A stretch of 64,000 nt of DNA from Utricularia gibba (GCA_002189035.1 NEEC01000004.1:1178001-1242000), one strand, 5' to 3'; shown: positions 12,062 to 25,800, numbered from the stretch's first letter. Notes: a model not told the origin generated them from the letters alone. Made by a program: numbers and translations.

Positions 12062-14017
12062 GATAGCAGGTAATGAAGAGATAACAAGCAGTTAAGCTAA
12101 GCAGCAACGTAGTATATTTGTATGCTGTAGAGATATTGGCAGAACCGGCCTTTCATGAACTAGAAACGCACACGCATTGGAAACCAATGTGCTGGTTGCG
12201 CTCTCGTGGAAGTACATTCCGTGCAAGCCATTTATTCCTACAAAATGGCATCGGTTTGAGTTTGCAAAAGCTGACATGTTAGTTCAACAGTTGCTTTTGT
12301 CATGGATGGTGTGCTGGAATGGTCATTGGTCGGGCTTTATTATCATTCACACCTACTAATTGATCAATTTTATGTACTACCTGTGGAAATAGGAAATAGA
12401 AGTCCATGCGCTAGAGCTCAGGAGGACAGGGCCACTGTGAAATAGTTCATTTGGAAATCGTAGGAGGACAGGGTAATGTGCTTTTAATGTCAATGCTAAC
12501 AATTATTACAGATCTTCATTGGATGCTCACCAATGGAGTCTCCATCCTACAGTTGCAGCCATTTGGTCTTCAAAGGTTAGATCTTTGAGAGATTTCATCA
12601 TCAAGTCCCTAAATCCCGTAGACTAGAATTAGACGTCAGAGCATTACTTTGATCCATGAACCTTAGAATTTGAAATGGATAGTGAGAAAACGAAAAGCAC
12701 ACATTTTTCTCAAAACTTTGTATATGAAGATGACGAATGACATGATCAAGCGGTGAAAGTTTGAATATGGGTGTTATGAGACGGCGGGAAGAGTCTGTGT
12801 GGGCAGGTCCTGATGACTTTAGAGTTCATTGGGTTCTCCTCCATTTCATGTGTTTATCACATGTGCAAATCTGCTTCCGCCCCAAACCTTGACGTTCAAA
12901 CATGGGGACAAGAAGGGAAGAGGCGGCTCTCCGAATCCAAGATCCCTGGTCTTAAGTGCATTCCTTCTGCTCCGCTATTTAATTTGAAATGAAGCGGATG
13001 TTGATCCCAAACCTCTTGGGCAAAGCGTAGATACGAATAAATAATTACTGGTACAAGAATTATTTTGTATTTGCCGCTAGCGTTCATTTCAGGGGCACTT
13101 ACAGCCATTCAGGTTTAGCCATCCCTGGACAATGCATCATTCGCCTGGGGCATTACGTCAGCCTCCTCGAGCACTCCATGCGATAGCAGTGTACCCAGGT
13201 TCTGCATGGCTTCGGGGCTATCCAGGCTATTCAGCTAGTATGTCTGGTTCCCAGAATTCCAACACGAGAAGGAAGTCAACTTTCAACTGAAACATGTTTG
13301 TTCCTTCACTCTCTCCTGGTCCCGGTTCATTGTCTTCTCTTCCATTGCGATTTATTACAAGGAGCTCACTCCTTTGGATGAGCATACGTAGCTGGAGGCT
13401 GGCATTGGTGTATAATTGTCCAGGTTATTTTAGATGTTCTGATCCTCAAATCAAATCTGCATCCTATGTTTGTATTGTGCTGTATTTGCAGACATCATGA
13501 GTTAAATATGGGGTATGTTCCCCGTGTGTCAGATCTGGTTTTCTTTGCCTTAAATTCAGTACTTACTCTGTTTCTCGGGTAGCGTGTGAGTTGCTCAACT
13601 TCAGTGAAGCGTTAGCATGCTCCAGGAATGCTTCTTGTGTTTTCTTGGAGCTATCTGCGCAGATCTGCGGCTGATTTTTTTATGAAGATTGAACTTTCCT
13701 CATCTTAATATTTTCTGGCTCTTGCTTCATTAAGTAAATGACTTTCTTTCCTTCAAAGAAGTTGCTGCATTTCCTCTTTTGATAGCAGATATTAAGTTTT
13801 CTGGGTTGGTATCAGCCTGTTTTTATTCTCTTAAAAATAACAGTGACTGGCCGATCCTTTCATTTGCTTTCATAGGATAACAGGATTTTAAGTTACTGTT
13901 GTTTCATGGGATGGGAAGACAGTTTATCAGAGTTCAAGGAAATTTTAGTTAGGAAGGATGTTTGGTTCAGGAAAGGACAAATATTTTTACCTCCAAAGGT
14001 TATCACAGGCTGCCGAT

Positions 14018-14209
14018 CACCGCCGACTGTCTGACAATGCCAATGATGCCCGCCGACCGTCAATCGCCGCACGCCTGACATCCGCTCGTCGCTCGACCGC
14101 CCCTCGATTGGCCTACATCGGTCGTCGGGTGCTATCGGCGGGCATCGGGTGCGTGTCTGGCGTGCGGTGGACGACGGGCATCGTCGGCATTGTCGGGTGG
14201 CTGGTGGTG
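14018..14209. repeat. GC-rich imperfect inverted repeat (MITE-like or hairpin)
   Basis: Left arm CACCGCCGACTGTCTGACAATGCCAATGATGCCCGCCG...CCGCACGCCTGACA aligns to the reverse complement of the right arm (CACCACCAGCCACCCGACAATGCCGACGATGCCCGTCG...CCGCACGCCAGACA). No clear target-site duplication. Confidence 0.7.
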
Positions 14210-14240
14210 CTAAGTGGCCGACGCTTTCCCATCTTCTCAG

Positions 14241-14596
14241 GTGTGAGGCATTTTCAACTTACCCTCGTGCGTATGATCTTCTCCATTTTGATGGTTCTTT
14301 CACTGCTGAGAGCCACAGGTAAAGTTACAATGGGTTCTACCTCCTACATTGGATTTGAACAACAGAATGCAGCAAGGCTTGCATTTTCCCTTGTAGGTGT
14401 GAAACGAAGTATGTTCTTCTAGAGGTGGATCGCATTCTTAGTCCGAATGGATATGCCCTCATCCGTGAATCCACTAACTTTATCGATGCCATTGCATCCG
14501 CAGTGAAAGGGATGAGATGGGGTTGTCGCAAAGAAGACAGAATACAATGTCAAACAAGAGAAGGTATTGGTCTGCCAGAAGAAACAATCAGCCTGA
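14241..14596 (+). pseudogene. 3' remnant (last two exons) of a PMT20/PMT21(ERD3)-like DUF248 methyltransferase
   Basis: Exon 14241..14318 CEAFSTYPRAYDLLHFDGSFTAESHR; exon 14397..14596 CETKYVLLEVDRILSPNGYALIRES...MRWGCRKED, then a 2-bp shift to EYNVKQEKVLVCQKK. No upstream exons recognised. Confidence 0.85.
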
Positions 14597-15032
14597 TGCC
14601 ACCATGCTACAAAGTTCTTGTGGTTGCAAGCTTTTGGAGAGGAGCGAAGGTTGTGTTACAGAGGATGGAGGAATACTACAGATTCATGGCTCAAGAGAAA
14701 CAATAATGGAAATCACACAACTGCATAGGAATTCTCTGAGTCACCAGGAGGTTGGCATGCGTAGCAATTTGAATACATATTTGTGCTTTGTATGTGTATG
14801 GTTTACCCTTTTACACTTACCCTCTCAAAATCAGAGTAGATTTTATGGATTAAGATATACAATGACCTGGGTGTGTGGATACGTGAAGACAGCAATGCCG
14901 GAAAGTATTAGGCTGAATAACACAAAGAAAAGTTGCAGTATCAGCGAAAAGATCTGATGTACAATGCCCCATCCCCAACACCAGTATCCTGTTAGCTTGC
15001 GGTTAGATTGCTGTGTTCCAGGCTCCCAGCTG

Positions 15033-17590
15033 CTAAGGTTGGCAAAGATACTGCGACAGAATCCTATCTCTGTTGGTTTCCCACCACAGCTTCGCACGGA
15101 CTTCCCCAAATCTGTCCCGACTGGAAAAGAAAGCACAAGTGAGCGTGAATAAGGGTGCTCGAGAGTTCTGATGCGCTTTTTACCTGAACCTGACACGGCG
15201 AAGCTCTCGGGTGCCATCTATGAGTTGCCTAATAGTGATATAAACCCTGGTTCATCTTCCTCCATCCACTCCGTCTCGACTTCGCTAGCATTGCTTATTG
15301 AAACGGATGCTTCGTCTCTGGAAGATGTTGTCGTCCGTGCCGTTTCTGTCTCACCCTTGTGTCCGCCTGCTGGATGATGAGGAGGTTCTTGTGGGAACCC
15401 GGTGTTCCTCTGAGTCCAGTCTCTGCTCATGGCTGGAGTCATTCTTGGGCTTTCCTCCGTCCTACTACAGGAGTAACTTGAGTCCCTCTGCATTCATTAA
15501 GCAAAAAAAAAGTGCTCAGGAGATTGAATTCATATCCTGCAAATAGTATAGTATACTCAGGAACACTCACTCCATCCTCAGATCTCCCAGGGGTGTTCAG
15601 AGCTTGCTGATTGAATCTCTGGACATTGTATAGCTCCATGATCCGGTCGTAGTTTTCACCCCACCACCTTTGAGCTTGCCATTTATCGAACATTTCTCGG
15701 CTTTGAACGCAAAAGACACCATCTTGATCATGATAACCAATGGGAATGCGCAAGGAGACAACTGCATACCTGAAACGGATCCTTTTGAGATCATTGCCAC
15801 CACGGGGGAGCGACACGAACGTGATCTGCACTCCAGGCTCTACCTGCGCCATCCATTCTTTAGGTTCGGTCTCATGTGCTAGCAGCACACCATTAGACCT
15901 TGATAAGACGGATTCCGGGCAACGAGGGGGCTTGTCATTGCTAAATGCAGTGAATCTTGGAGTAGCATGATGACCTATAATCTTGTCATAATCCCATGCT
16001 GGAGTTGAACCTGAGCTTCCTGGTCTCAGATATGGATGTTGAACCCCATCCAAGATTGAACTGAAGTATGAATATGATTGCTGCCTTCCCTTAAGTTTTG
16101 CCTCGTCCACATCTGGCTTTCCCCTTTGCGCTCCTGAGACCTTCAGAGCTATATCTTTGATCTGTTAAACACATGACACTAAAAATGTTCACAAACTTGT
16201 TGAACAACCACATGACTGAGGATATAGAAAGGCTTCCAGCAGAAATACTTCACAAAATCCATCAAAATACTCTTGATTTTAGAAACTCCCTAGAAATTGA
16301 TGTTTTTACCAAGGGTCCGACCGATATGATTCGAACCAAAAACAGAATATCCACTGAAACCAATCAAGAAAAGAACAGTAAAGGGTTCAAAACAATGGTC
16401 AAAATCATCCGTTGAAACTTCACATGGAGAGCTCAGTCACAGTTTAAAGCAACACTGCGGTTGAGTTATTTTAATGCATAGTGCCCTCAGCTTGTTCCTG
16501 CTTTACTAATCACCACGTCTCCCAAGGTTTGACGAAACCGTCCGCATCCGAGGACAGTAAATCTAACAGGGGGGGCCATATACAACATGGAGAGATGTCA
16601 TATCAAGGATCCTTGATGAAGATTTTCCCAAATAAACAGTAAAATAATTCACCACTGGTGAAGTATCTTGACACTGTATGGCTCGCCGGTTTCATATGTC
16701 ACATCTCTGAATTTTGGGAAAGAAGAATGCCATCAAGATTTTCCAACACATTCTTGAGATGCCCTATCTAAGTATTGGTATAAAGAAAAAGAGGTGAAGA
16801 TTGAACAACAAGAAGGGACCAAAACATAGTGGTAGGGACCAAGATTATGATTCCTGACACACAATCCAACGCTGAGAGGGGATGCATTTGCCTTAATTTA
16901 TTAGGTTCTCATTTTGCTGGCGCCACACAAAAGACATTTATAGCACTTAAATGAGGATGCTTAATACATCGCTATCATGCAATACATGAAGCTGCTAGAG
17001 ATGTGCTCTTTATGAAGTGGGGTGGGGGTGACTCAAATCATGGTATTGGTAATGCTACCGACAACATACTTTGCTCCTATGCCTTGCAAACGACCTTATG
17101 AAATGTAATTGTTTATGGTTCTAGAAGAGAAGAGTAGAAGAGCTTATGTGAATCTGGAGACAAGGTGCAGACCAAAGATATGATAAGATAGGCTTACCCT
17201 GAATCAAAATCACAGAGCCAGAAGGCAGAGTCATTCAAAGTTGATTTTTTTATTTTGTTTCTGGGGTCCCATGATTGGGGGGTCCCGTCCCATCTTTGCA
17301 CAAAAAAAAAAAGCAACAGCATTGTGGATCAGTTTCAAAAACAGGGCACTAACAGAGAGGAAATGGGATGCATAATTCGCGCATGGGAGAGTTTTGAAAG
17401 AAGTTTCATGTCTAGTGATGTGGTTTATTCGGTGGGATTTCGTTGTCCAAACAGAAAAAAAAAAGGTTGTAATGACAAGTAGAACCTGGGAAGTAAGGCT
17501 TTTGACGGCGTCTTTGCTTCCAGGAATCCCACGAGGGGCGTCTTCGTCATCCCTATCTTCTTGCTTGGAGCAAGTAATGCAAGTTAACAT
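15033..17590 (-). CDS. BRXL: BREVIS RADIX-like protein (BRX N-terminal domain plus two BRX domains)
   Basis: Exons 17590..17486 (MLTCITCSK...KSLTSQ), 16161..15770 (IKDIALKVSG...EWMAQVEPGVQITFVSLP), 15700..15571 (REMFDKWQAQRWWGENYDRIMELYNV), ~15487..15184, 15120..15033. One G is missing at 15245-15247 in EPG-VYITIRQL. Confidence 0.93.
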
Positions 17591-20500
17591 CTTTTTTTTC
17601 CTACGACTGCTTCTTATTCACCTGGAACTGCAGCTGAGAAGTTATGAAGTTGAATTTCTTCAAGAACACCAAGTAAGCGGCTCAGAATTAAGCTTCACAT
17701 TACCCAGAATTCTTCCTATGAAACGAAATGAATGTTCTAGTACTCCAACCACATACAAACAATTTGAAAGATGGACTACTTTTTAATACAAGACTTTGGT
17801 AATGAGAGTGGGGGAAATGGGGTTGGCTACTTTCCCTCTAACCGAAGTATTCATAGAAGGAAGCGTCATAAATAAAGGAAGGAAAAAAGTGAAGATGGGA
17901 AGCAGGCTCGGGATCAGCGGAATCAGAGATTTTAAGAAGCAAGAGAATTCGGTGTTGAGTAAAATCAGTACAATTCAATGCAAAAAAATGGGCTGTGGAT
18001 CTGCATCCATCCACTTTGATGCCCACAAAGCGGCAAGCAACAACCTCAATAATAAAGACCTCTGCATTTATCTGCAGAGATTTCTGTTTGCAGTCGAAAA
18101 TTAAAAAAAAAACCCTTTTTCCTTTTATTTTGTTTTCCATCTTTCACAGACCGGGAAGATCATTTCTTTCCACATTTCAATTCAAACCCATGACGCTCAT
18201 TTTGAAAAAGAAAAAAAGAGAAGCTTCAAAATTTCATGAACAAAAGCTTGTTGTTCCTTGGAAGACAGAGGGAATAACAGAAGTTAAAATAGGGGCCGAT
18301 GAGAAATGAATGCTACGATAGTCTCGTATAGAGAGAGCAATGAAAGCAGTCGTTCAAGAGTATTCAAGGATTCTTAGCAGTACACTTAAATAATAAGTGA
18401 TAGCGACTTGCCTAAACAGAAGACACAACACTCAGCCTACCCTCCTGCTTCCTCCTCCAGCAACTTTACTTTATTCCTTCAAATTCAACATCAAAACTAG
18501 GAATAAAATACTAGAAACAGCACAGAATACTTATTCGCAGTGGAAATGAAAGAAAAGAAGAATAGCATCCATCACAACTCGTATACACACCAACGGGAAA
18601 GCAGACAGCTGTAATCCAATCTCCTCCCCGACGGGATTTCTCCGATTTCCTCCAGTGAAACGAAATGGGCTTATGGAAGAGTCCCACCAAACCATCAAAA
18701 CATCCCGACAAGCGTTTTTTGATTCCTCGGCGTGTATGCACTCGGGAGTAGACAAAGAGAACAAGAAAGGAAGTTGGGTGAAAGGCCCAGTGAGGTGGAA
18801 TGTCGACTCGGAAATGGAAACCAAGGACACAGCCGTGCCTTCCTGGTGCGGCGTTTTATAGACACGGCGACACCCCTCTCGTGTCTCTTGCCTTTGGGTA
18901 GTTACAATATCAAGTGAAATTAGTTCTTCACACTTCATGTGAATATTATTACCACCTCACACTTCCCATGAATTAAAAACATTATTTATAAATTAAAAAA
19001 TTTCCAATTTATATTCTTATTGTCAAGAATATATTTGCTGAAATTCCTTTAGTTCCAACAACGTAAGAATATATTTGATAGCTGCATATAAAAAGTTTAT
19101 AATTAAATTTACATATATATTAATTAATTAACTAATTAATATATGATATTATATTTATTTTTTAAGTATATAAATAATATATACAAATAGAATGAAGTCT
19201 AATTATATCTATATTAATCACATAATCAAACTTATATTTTCAAATATCGAAATTTGTATACAATTAAATATATGTAATCAATTAAATTATAATTAAATAT
19301 ATTAAAATCAAATAAAATCTAATATAAATAAATGAATTCTTCCTCCACCCAATCGGAAGCGTCCACGTGTTCCGTTCATTCATCCCCACGCTGTTCACCC
19401 ATCCCCACCATTCCCCCTCTCCAACAATTGAGCTGTCAACTTGAGTTGGGTTGTTAGGATTCCTCTCGGTGCCATCGAATCTTGTTGTCTGCAAGTCCAA
19501 GAAAACTCCACTCATCTCCCCGGGATACCTTCAATCGCATTTCGATATTCCAGCTCTGTACTAATGATTTTAATACGACGAAGGTGCTCTGTAGTCCATA
19601 TTCTTTAGATTTTCTGAGATGTGAATGGTGTCTGTGTTTTGTTTGTGGGTGAGGGGAACGCGGATCCAGGAGCAGACAAGACAAAAGGGATCCTCCAGGA
19701 GTGAACAGCAAAAGCGAATCCACTAGGCTGCCTCCATATCCTGTCGTCCCGGTCCTTGCAAAGCCAGCAACGCGTGTCCGTTTCTGAAGCAGAATGAATG
19801 AAAGCACCCGAGGGCAACAGCTCAAGCAATCGACAACATAATGGATTGGGAACCGAGAAAACGGGATTTGTGTGTCGAGTTTTTGATTCCCAAGTCATTG
19901 AATGCTATGCTTTCCATTTTAGAATGACTTGGGCACCATGCTACGTGATCGTTGTCATGTTAAAAGAAGAGATGGTGCCACTTTCTTTTTCGCCCTTTTT
20001 GGTTGCTCGGGTGATCTCTTTCTTTAAGGTATGCCCTTCTTCACATGCTCCATTAAAGCAGATTCTCATCCTTCACTTCATTTGTTCACAAGTTCTGGTT
20101 AAACAGCACATCAGAACACACAGGAAATACAACACACAACATTAAATGATGACAACATTTTTGAAAGAGGATCCAAGGAATAGCCAACAGTAACTATGCC
20201 TTAATCATGGTCATTAGGTACTTTAAATCAGAATCAAGTAGACCCCAAAATGACCCTGCAATCTGCATCCTCAACCTCGCCTGAATATTTCTCTTTCTGA
20301 TTTGTCTAAAATCAGAATACATAGACGCAGACATGTTTTTGTAATAAGCCCAACACTGCTATTCTAGTGGGCTGTCGAATATCTCTGTTCCCATCAAGGC
20401 CCCATTACTTGTAGCAAATGAATATTCATTTTAGTGTATTCTGAAATTTTGTTTTAGGATGATTTGTAGTGTGATTTAAGCAGTTGGGGATGATGGCAGT

Positions 20501-20595
20501 GAATGGTAATAAGCATTGGCAATGGCAATACCTCAAAGAGAGGTGACTCACATCTCTGCAACTCGATGGACTGACTACTCGGCGAGTGGGCGGAT

Positions 20596-21268
20596 CTACT
20601 TCCTGTTGGATCCACCCCAAAGTGAAGCCCAGAAAACAGGCCAATTCCTGCGAGCTTCATTCCAACCCAACAGAGATCCTTCTCTGGAAGGATCCCAACT
20701 CGTGGACACGATCCCGTAACTCACCCCTGCAAGAGCACTTCCAAAGAACACAAAGGACACGATCAGAGGAACCCAATTCGGGACATCCACTTTCAGGCCA
20801 GTTTTCAGATAATAGAAGAACGGGAAGAAGAGTAGCCCGACGGAAAGGGGGATCCCAACAGAGAATCCCATTCGCCGAATCATCCGGTTGGTCACGATCT
20901 CCGGGATCACACCTTCATCCTCTTCCGGTTCCGATGATCCTGCTTCTTCTTCCAATTTGGGTTTCGACTTTTTAGGCTTCTTGGGTCCGAAGCCCTTGGG
21001 AGAATTGAGGGTTGCCGCGACTGGTCCGACGCGGGGAAGGTGGATTTGGTTGCTCAGGGTTCGGAGACTGGTGAACTGGGTTCTGATTATCGGCGAGGTT
21101 AAGACAAGCGGCCGCGACCACGGCGGTGCTGCTGCGCAGCCGTTCATTATACAATGGCTTTCTTTCCCTCTGAGTTCGAAGAGTGTTGGAAATGGTTGGC
21201 AAAGCAATCCAAATCCCAGATCCCTCGCACCTTATCGGCTTCAGTAGTGCATTTACCACAATGCCCAT
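20596..21268 (-). CDS. PAM68: PAM68 thylakoid PSII assembly factor
   Basis: SPKGFGP...VIPEIVTNRMIRRMGFSVGIP...VSYGIVSTSWDPSREGSLLGWNEARRNWPVFW. Predicted exon 1 21268..21231, 61-bp intron, exon 2 21169..20596. Confidence 0.93.
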
Positions 21269-21988
21269 TCCCAAATTGTTGATACTCAAGAGGCACGGTT
21301 CCTGAGTGTGACCCAAAATCGGAAAACAAATCTTAGATTAAAACCGAACGAATCTCGGATGTTCGTGGTCGTTACGGGATTTTAACAGCAGTTGTTATTC
21401 TAAGAAAGTTTATTACATGTGACTTGTATTCGTATTCATGTTTGTGTTTGTTCAAATTTCATGTTTATTAACATTTGAAATTGTTCATGATCTTATTCAT
21501 ATTCATTCAATAAGGATTTCAAACATAATTTTATATTTGAATTATATCCGATAATTGAATCGAACCACTTTGAAAGAAGGTGTTCGTTCTTCAAGTGTTT
21601 GATTCCTTAACATCTTATACTTCAATAGTTGGAATCTCGTCAGTGGGCATAATAGAATCATTTATAAAAGTGGTTACTGTCATATTTTATTAGACACATA
21701 TTTAAATAAAAACTTTTAATTAAGAATGATCGATTTTATTACATATTAAAAATAGAATGATTAGATTTATAATATAGTCGATATTAAAGTACCTTTGGAT
21801 AGATTAATTTAATTAATTATGTATTTGAATTATTTATATTTAAATTAATGTATATTTAAAATCATAAATGTATTTAAATAGATGAAAAAAATAAATTAAA
21901 ACTCAAGTGAGATTTTTTAATTTGTTTTTTTAAATAATTATAGTGACTATACAAATATTTATTATAAAATTCAGGCGCACCAGGACAT

Positions 21989-22010
21989 GGGGGGGGGGGG
22001 GGGGGGGGGG
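21989..22010 (+). repeat. G22 homopolymer tract
   Basis: 22 consecutive G in the divergent spacer between PAM68 and EDR2-like. Confidence 0.9.
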
Positions 22011-22813
22011 TGGGAATCCGGTAAATGTTTTGGAAGCAATGTTGACAAATGACGTTGACTTTTTCCAGATTTATTCGTACGGTTGCCTTGAACTTTTTAG
22101 TTTTTTTTTTTTTTTAATTTGAGACCCTCCCACTTTTTGAAATTTCAATTGTGTGTACGATCGAAATATCTCTCTCACGCACACACGGGGGGCGCACTGG
22201 TAGTTCTTTGCCTTTTCCTTGTTGTGCGATCTTCCCCGCGCTGGGCTTCTTGTTGCAGGAATGGAAGAAAGAACAAAAGAAGGGAGTTGGTATGAAAATT
22301 GGTACAAGGATTTCCCTCTTTTTCCCAACATCGCTGCGGATCCATCTTTATCTTTCGCATAAATGGACTTCCTTCTCCTATTTACGTCCACGTTTACTTT
22401 TACAGAAGATGGGTGTCCCTTTAATTGGGTGCTGGTGGACTACTGAATTCATTCTGGCGCCAGTGGTGAAGGGGTATCTTGTTTTATTCTTTTTCACATT
22501 CCATTTCCTTCTCACCCTCATGCTTTGATGTCGCCGTTGTCGTCGTCGTATTTGCTAGTGGGCAACAGTCGCCTGGAAATCTGTTTTATCTTCACGTTTT
22601 TCAATTCTTTCTTTGTTGAGGATTTGGGGGTTCGCTGAGACGGATCGCTTGGTTTCCAGTTATTGGGCGTTTGACGAGTTTTATCTGTGTAAGTGACGGG
22701 TTATATGTTTTCTTCTCCTGTGCGGGTGTAATGGGCTTGCTTGAAAATTGAGTCCTATTTTGCATGTAGAAAAAGAAGAAACTGTGCAGAAAGTGAGGCA
22801 GAAACCGAGTGGG

Positions 22814-25800
22814 ATGTCGAATTCAAAGTCACTGCATGAGGGGTGGATGGTTAGGTATGGACGGAGGAAGATCGGTAGATCGTTTATGCACATGAGATAC
22901 TTTGTTTTGGAGCCTAGGTTGCTGGCGTATTACAAGAAGAAGCCTCAAGAGAATGTGGTGAATATTCTTCATCATCTTGGCTTCGTTTCCTAGTTTAAAA
23001 CGATTATTTTCGTTTCAAGTGTTGGAGATTCTTGTTTATGTCATATGAATTAATGGAGACAATAGCTTCGGAGGATGTATTCCAGTTGGCAACTCTGCGC
23101 CGTTACCTTTCGTCTTTTTGCAATTGATTCCTAGTCACGTTTTATCTTCACTTCAATTGATTTCAAGGATTTGGTTGGTAAATTATGCTGTTTTTTCCTT
23201 TACCTCGAAAGGTTCCATGCAAAACTCTCCTTATAGATGGAAGCTGCCGGGTGGAAGACCGAGGGCTGAAGACGCATCATGGACATGTAAGTTGCATCTA
23301 GCATCATACTTTTATTGGTTCTGTGTGGGACACATTGTTTTGAACAAAGTGCATTCAATGTTTTTTTTTTCCCTTCAAGTCTATGATATGTATCCCTATG
23401 CATTGTTAGATATGGCGCCTCAGTTGATATTTTGATTTATGTAAATGTGCCTTACTGGCTTTATGTTAACACACGTGCTTATTTAAAAAAGATCAAGTAA
23501 ATTATGGCTGGCCGATATTTTGATAGGCTGGGTTATTACAACCTCGACTGCCTATTCCCTGGATATGACTCTGTTTGCACCTTTTGACTTCATTGTGGTA
23601 AAATATAACAATGATTAAATTATTTCTTTTTTGAAACCTTTATCTTATGGCAGATGGTGTATGTACTATCCATTTACCACAAGAAAGAGAAGAGCCATCG
23701 GATCACAGTATGTTGCTGAAATAACTGCAATAGTTCTTTTGCTTACTTCAAGATTGTGGGCAACACTATGTTGATAAGTTGCTAGTGCCCAATACCATCT
23801 TACTTCAATCACATTTCATCAGTCCATTGAATGTAGTTTATTCTATATTCTTCATCAGTGGTGCTCTGTAGAACTGTCTGTGGCCTGTTTATTTGAAATG
23901 TGTTTTTAAGCTTCTTTTCATGGCGATTTTCCTCATTCCAGATGGCTGCTTTCAACATTCAGGAGGCTCTTGTATGGAAAGAAAAAATTGAATCCATTAT
24001 TGATCAGGTTTTCAATTATTATACTTCATATCCTGTTAGTTTACATTCCTAGCATGTCTTCTTATTGCTATGTTTTCATTATTTTCATGTAACATTCAAA
24101 TACTTCTGGGATATAGCATCAAGAATCACAACCTATTAATGGGAACAAGTACATTTCCTTTGAGTATAAATCCGGTATGGATACTTGGAAGAACGATCAT
24201 GAAAGTCAGTAAGTATTGTTTGAAGCGTTCAATAAAGTTCATTTCTTTTATATATGTGTGCACAGCTATCCTTACCTATTGACGAAAAATCTGAAACATT
24301 TTTCCGTGTAAATTCATGACAATTAGTTTGAAAAAAACGATAGTTTTTAATCATCGTTTTCTGAGAGCTACTAAATTTTTTGTTCATTGTAACTGGCATT
24401 ATGTAGCCATTCTAGTGATCAATGTTGTGATTGTTGATTTTTCTGTTACATTATCTTTTCTTTCCTCTGCAGATATAGTGCTGGGGAAGATGAAGTTGAG
24501 TCTCATCAAAGTTTATCACGCAGAACTACAATTGGAAATGGTATTCCCCTTTCCTTTCCATTGTGGATTATAATTATTTCAGCCTGATTTATGTAAAAAC
24601 GCATGACAGGCCCACCAGAAATTGTTCTTGACTGGACGAAGGAAATCGATTCAGATTTAGCAAATCAGAGTACTGCAAATCATGCATTTTCGAGGAAGCA
24701 TTGGCGGCTTCTTCAATGCCAAAATGGTTAAGGATGCTCTATTTTTCAGAAATATACTAGAATTTACTGCCATAATTTATTCAACTTTTTCCTACTCCTC
24801 CTTGAGGAAACTATACTATGATTTTGATTGATTCTTCCTCTACAATATCTGGTTTAATGGCTGCTCACTCCATCATCTTTGTGATTGTATAGGTCTTCGA
24901 ATTTTCGAGGAACTTCTTGAGCTGGATCTTCTTGTAAGGGCATGTGATATTTTTCTGACACTACTACTGATTCACTTAGCCGCCTGAAATGTGTTTTATT
25001 CGCCAACTTTGTAGCCAAAGAGCTGCAGTAGAGCAATGAAAGCTGTTGGGGTTGTGGATGCTACTTGTGAAGAAGTTTTTGAGCTAGTGATGAGCATGGA
25101 TATGACACGCTGCGAGTAGATTAATTTTATTTCCCAACTCTGCGCCTGGAATTGGCCCATCCTTTTTTGTTTCTAGTAGAGATATTTGCAGCCGCTTTAC
25201 TCTTTTATGCTTGTAGGTGGGACTGCAGCTTCCAGTATGGGAGCCTGGTTGAAGAAGTAGATGGGCACACAGCTATACTGTATCACAGGCTTCAACTTGA
25301 TTGGTTGCCTATGTAATTTGCCCTCTAATCTTATTTATTTTGATTTTTCAATATTTTATGCTTTGCAGTGATATTTCTAGAGCAGTTCAGATTATCAATG
25401 AATTTGCCTTTCTTTTGATTCCATGCTTACCTGAGAGGCATTTCATTATTATACCAAAGTTTTATTATCTAGTTTTTTCTGGTGCAAGTGCCAAATATTC
25501 CAGACGTTGCTATAGCTGTAGATTTATTAGCAGTGTTCTTTTCCTGGCTTGCTCAAATAATTTTCTTGTTCTTTTAGCCTTGTTTTATATGAGTCCTTCA
25601 ATATGAAGCATGTAAGTGTTTCTGACTCTGTTCAATCACAATGGAACTTTAGTGTTAACTAAAAAATTAAAAAAAAGTTAAGAGAATTGTGCATACTTAA
25701 TGATGTCTATTGCATGATGTTGCTCATGTTATTTAAGGAAATGATACATTGATTTGAAGACTGCAGGATTGTATGGCCTCGTGATTTATGCTATGTACGT

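Noticed and set aside
12415-12475. AGCTCAGGAGG resembling miR390, and a repeated AGGAGGACAGGG
   Set aside because: Only an 11-nt core matches, the rest diverges, and I found no complementary arm; the 12-bp direct repeat is too short to interpret.
12896-13800. Short coding-like stretches on the minus strand (for example QICADSSKKTQEAFLEHANASLKL followed by a GT donor)
   Set aside because: No recognisable family, frequent stops and no consistent gene model; possibly a decayed gene, but unsupported.
13958-14422. 154-aa ORF (MFGSGKDK...)
   Set aside because: It is open mainly because it crosses the GC-rich inverted repeat, and it overlaps the PMT exon out of frame.
17796-20145. Many overlapping 60-135 aa ORFs between BRXL and PAM68
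   Set aside because: No motifs, they occur on both strands, and no splice model or hairpin was found; a non-coding transcript cannot be excluded.
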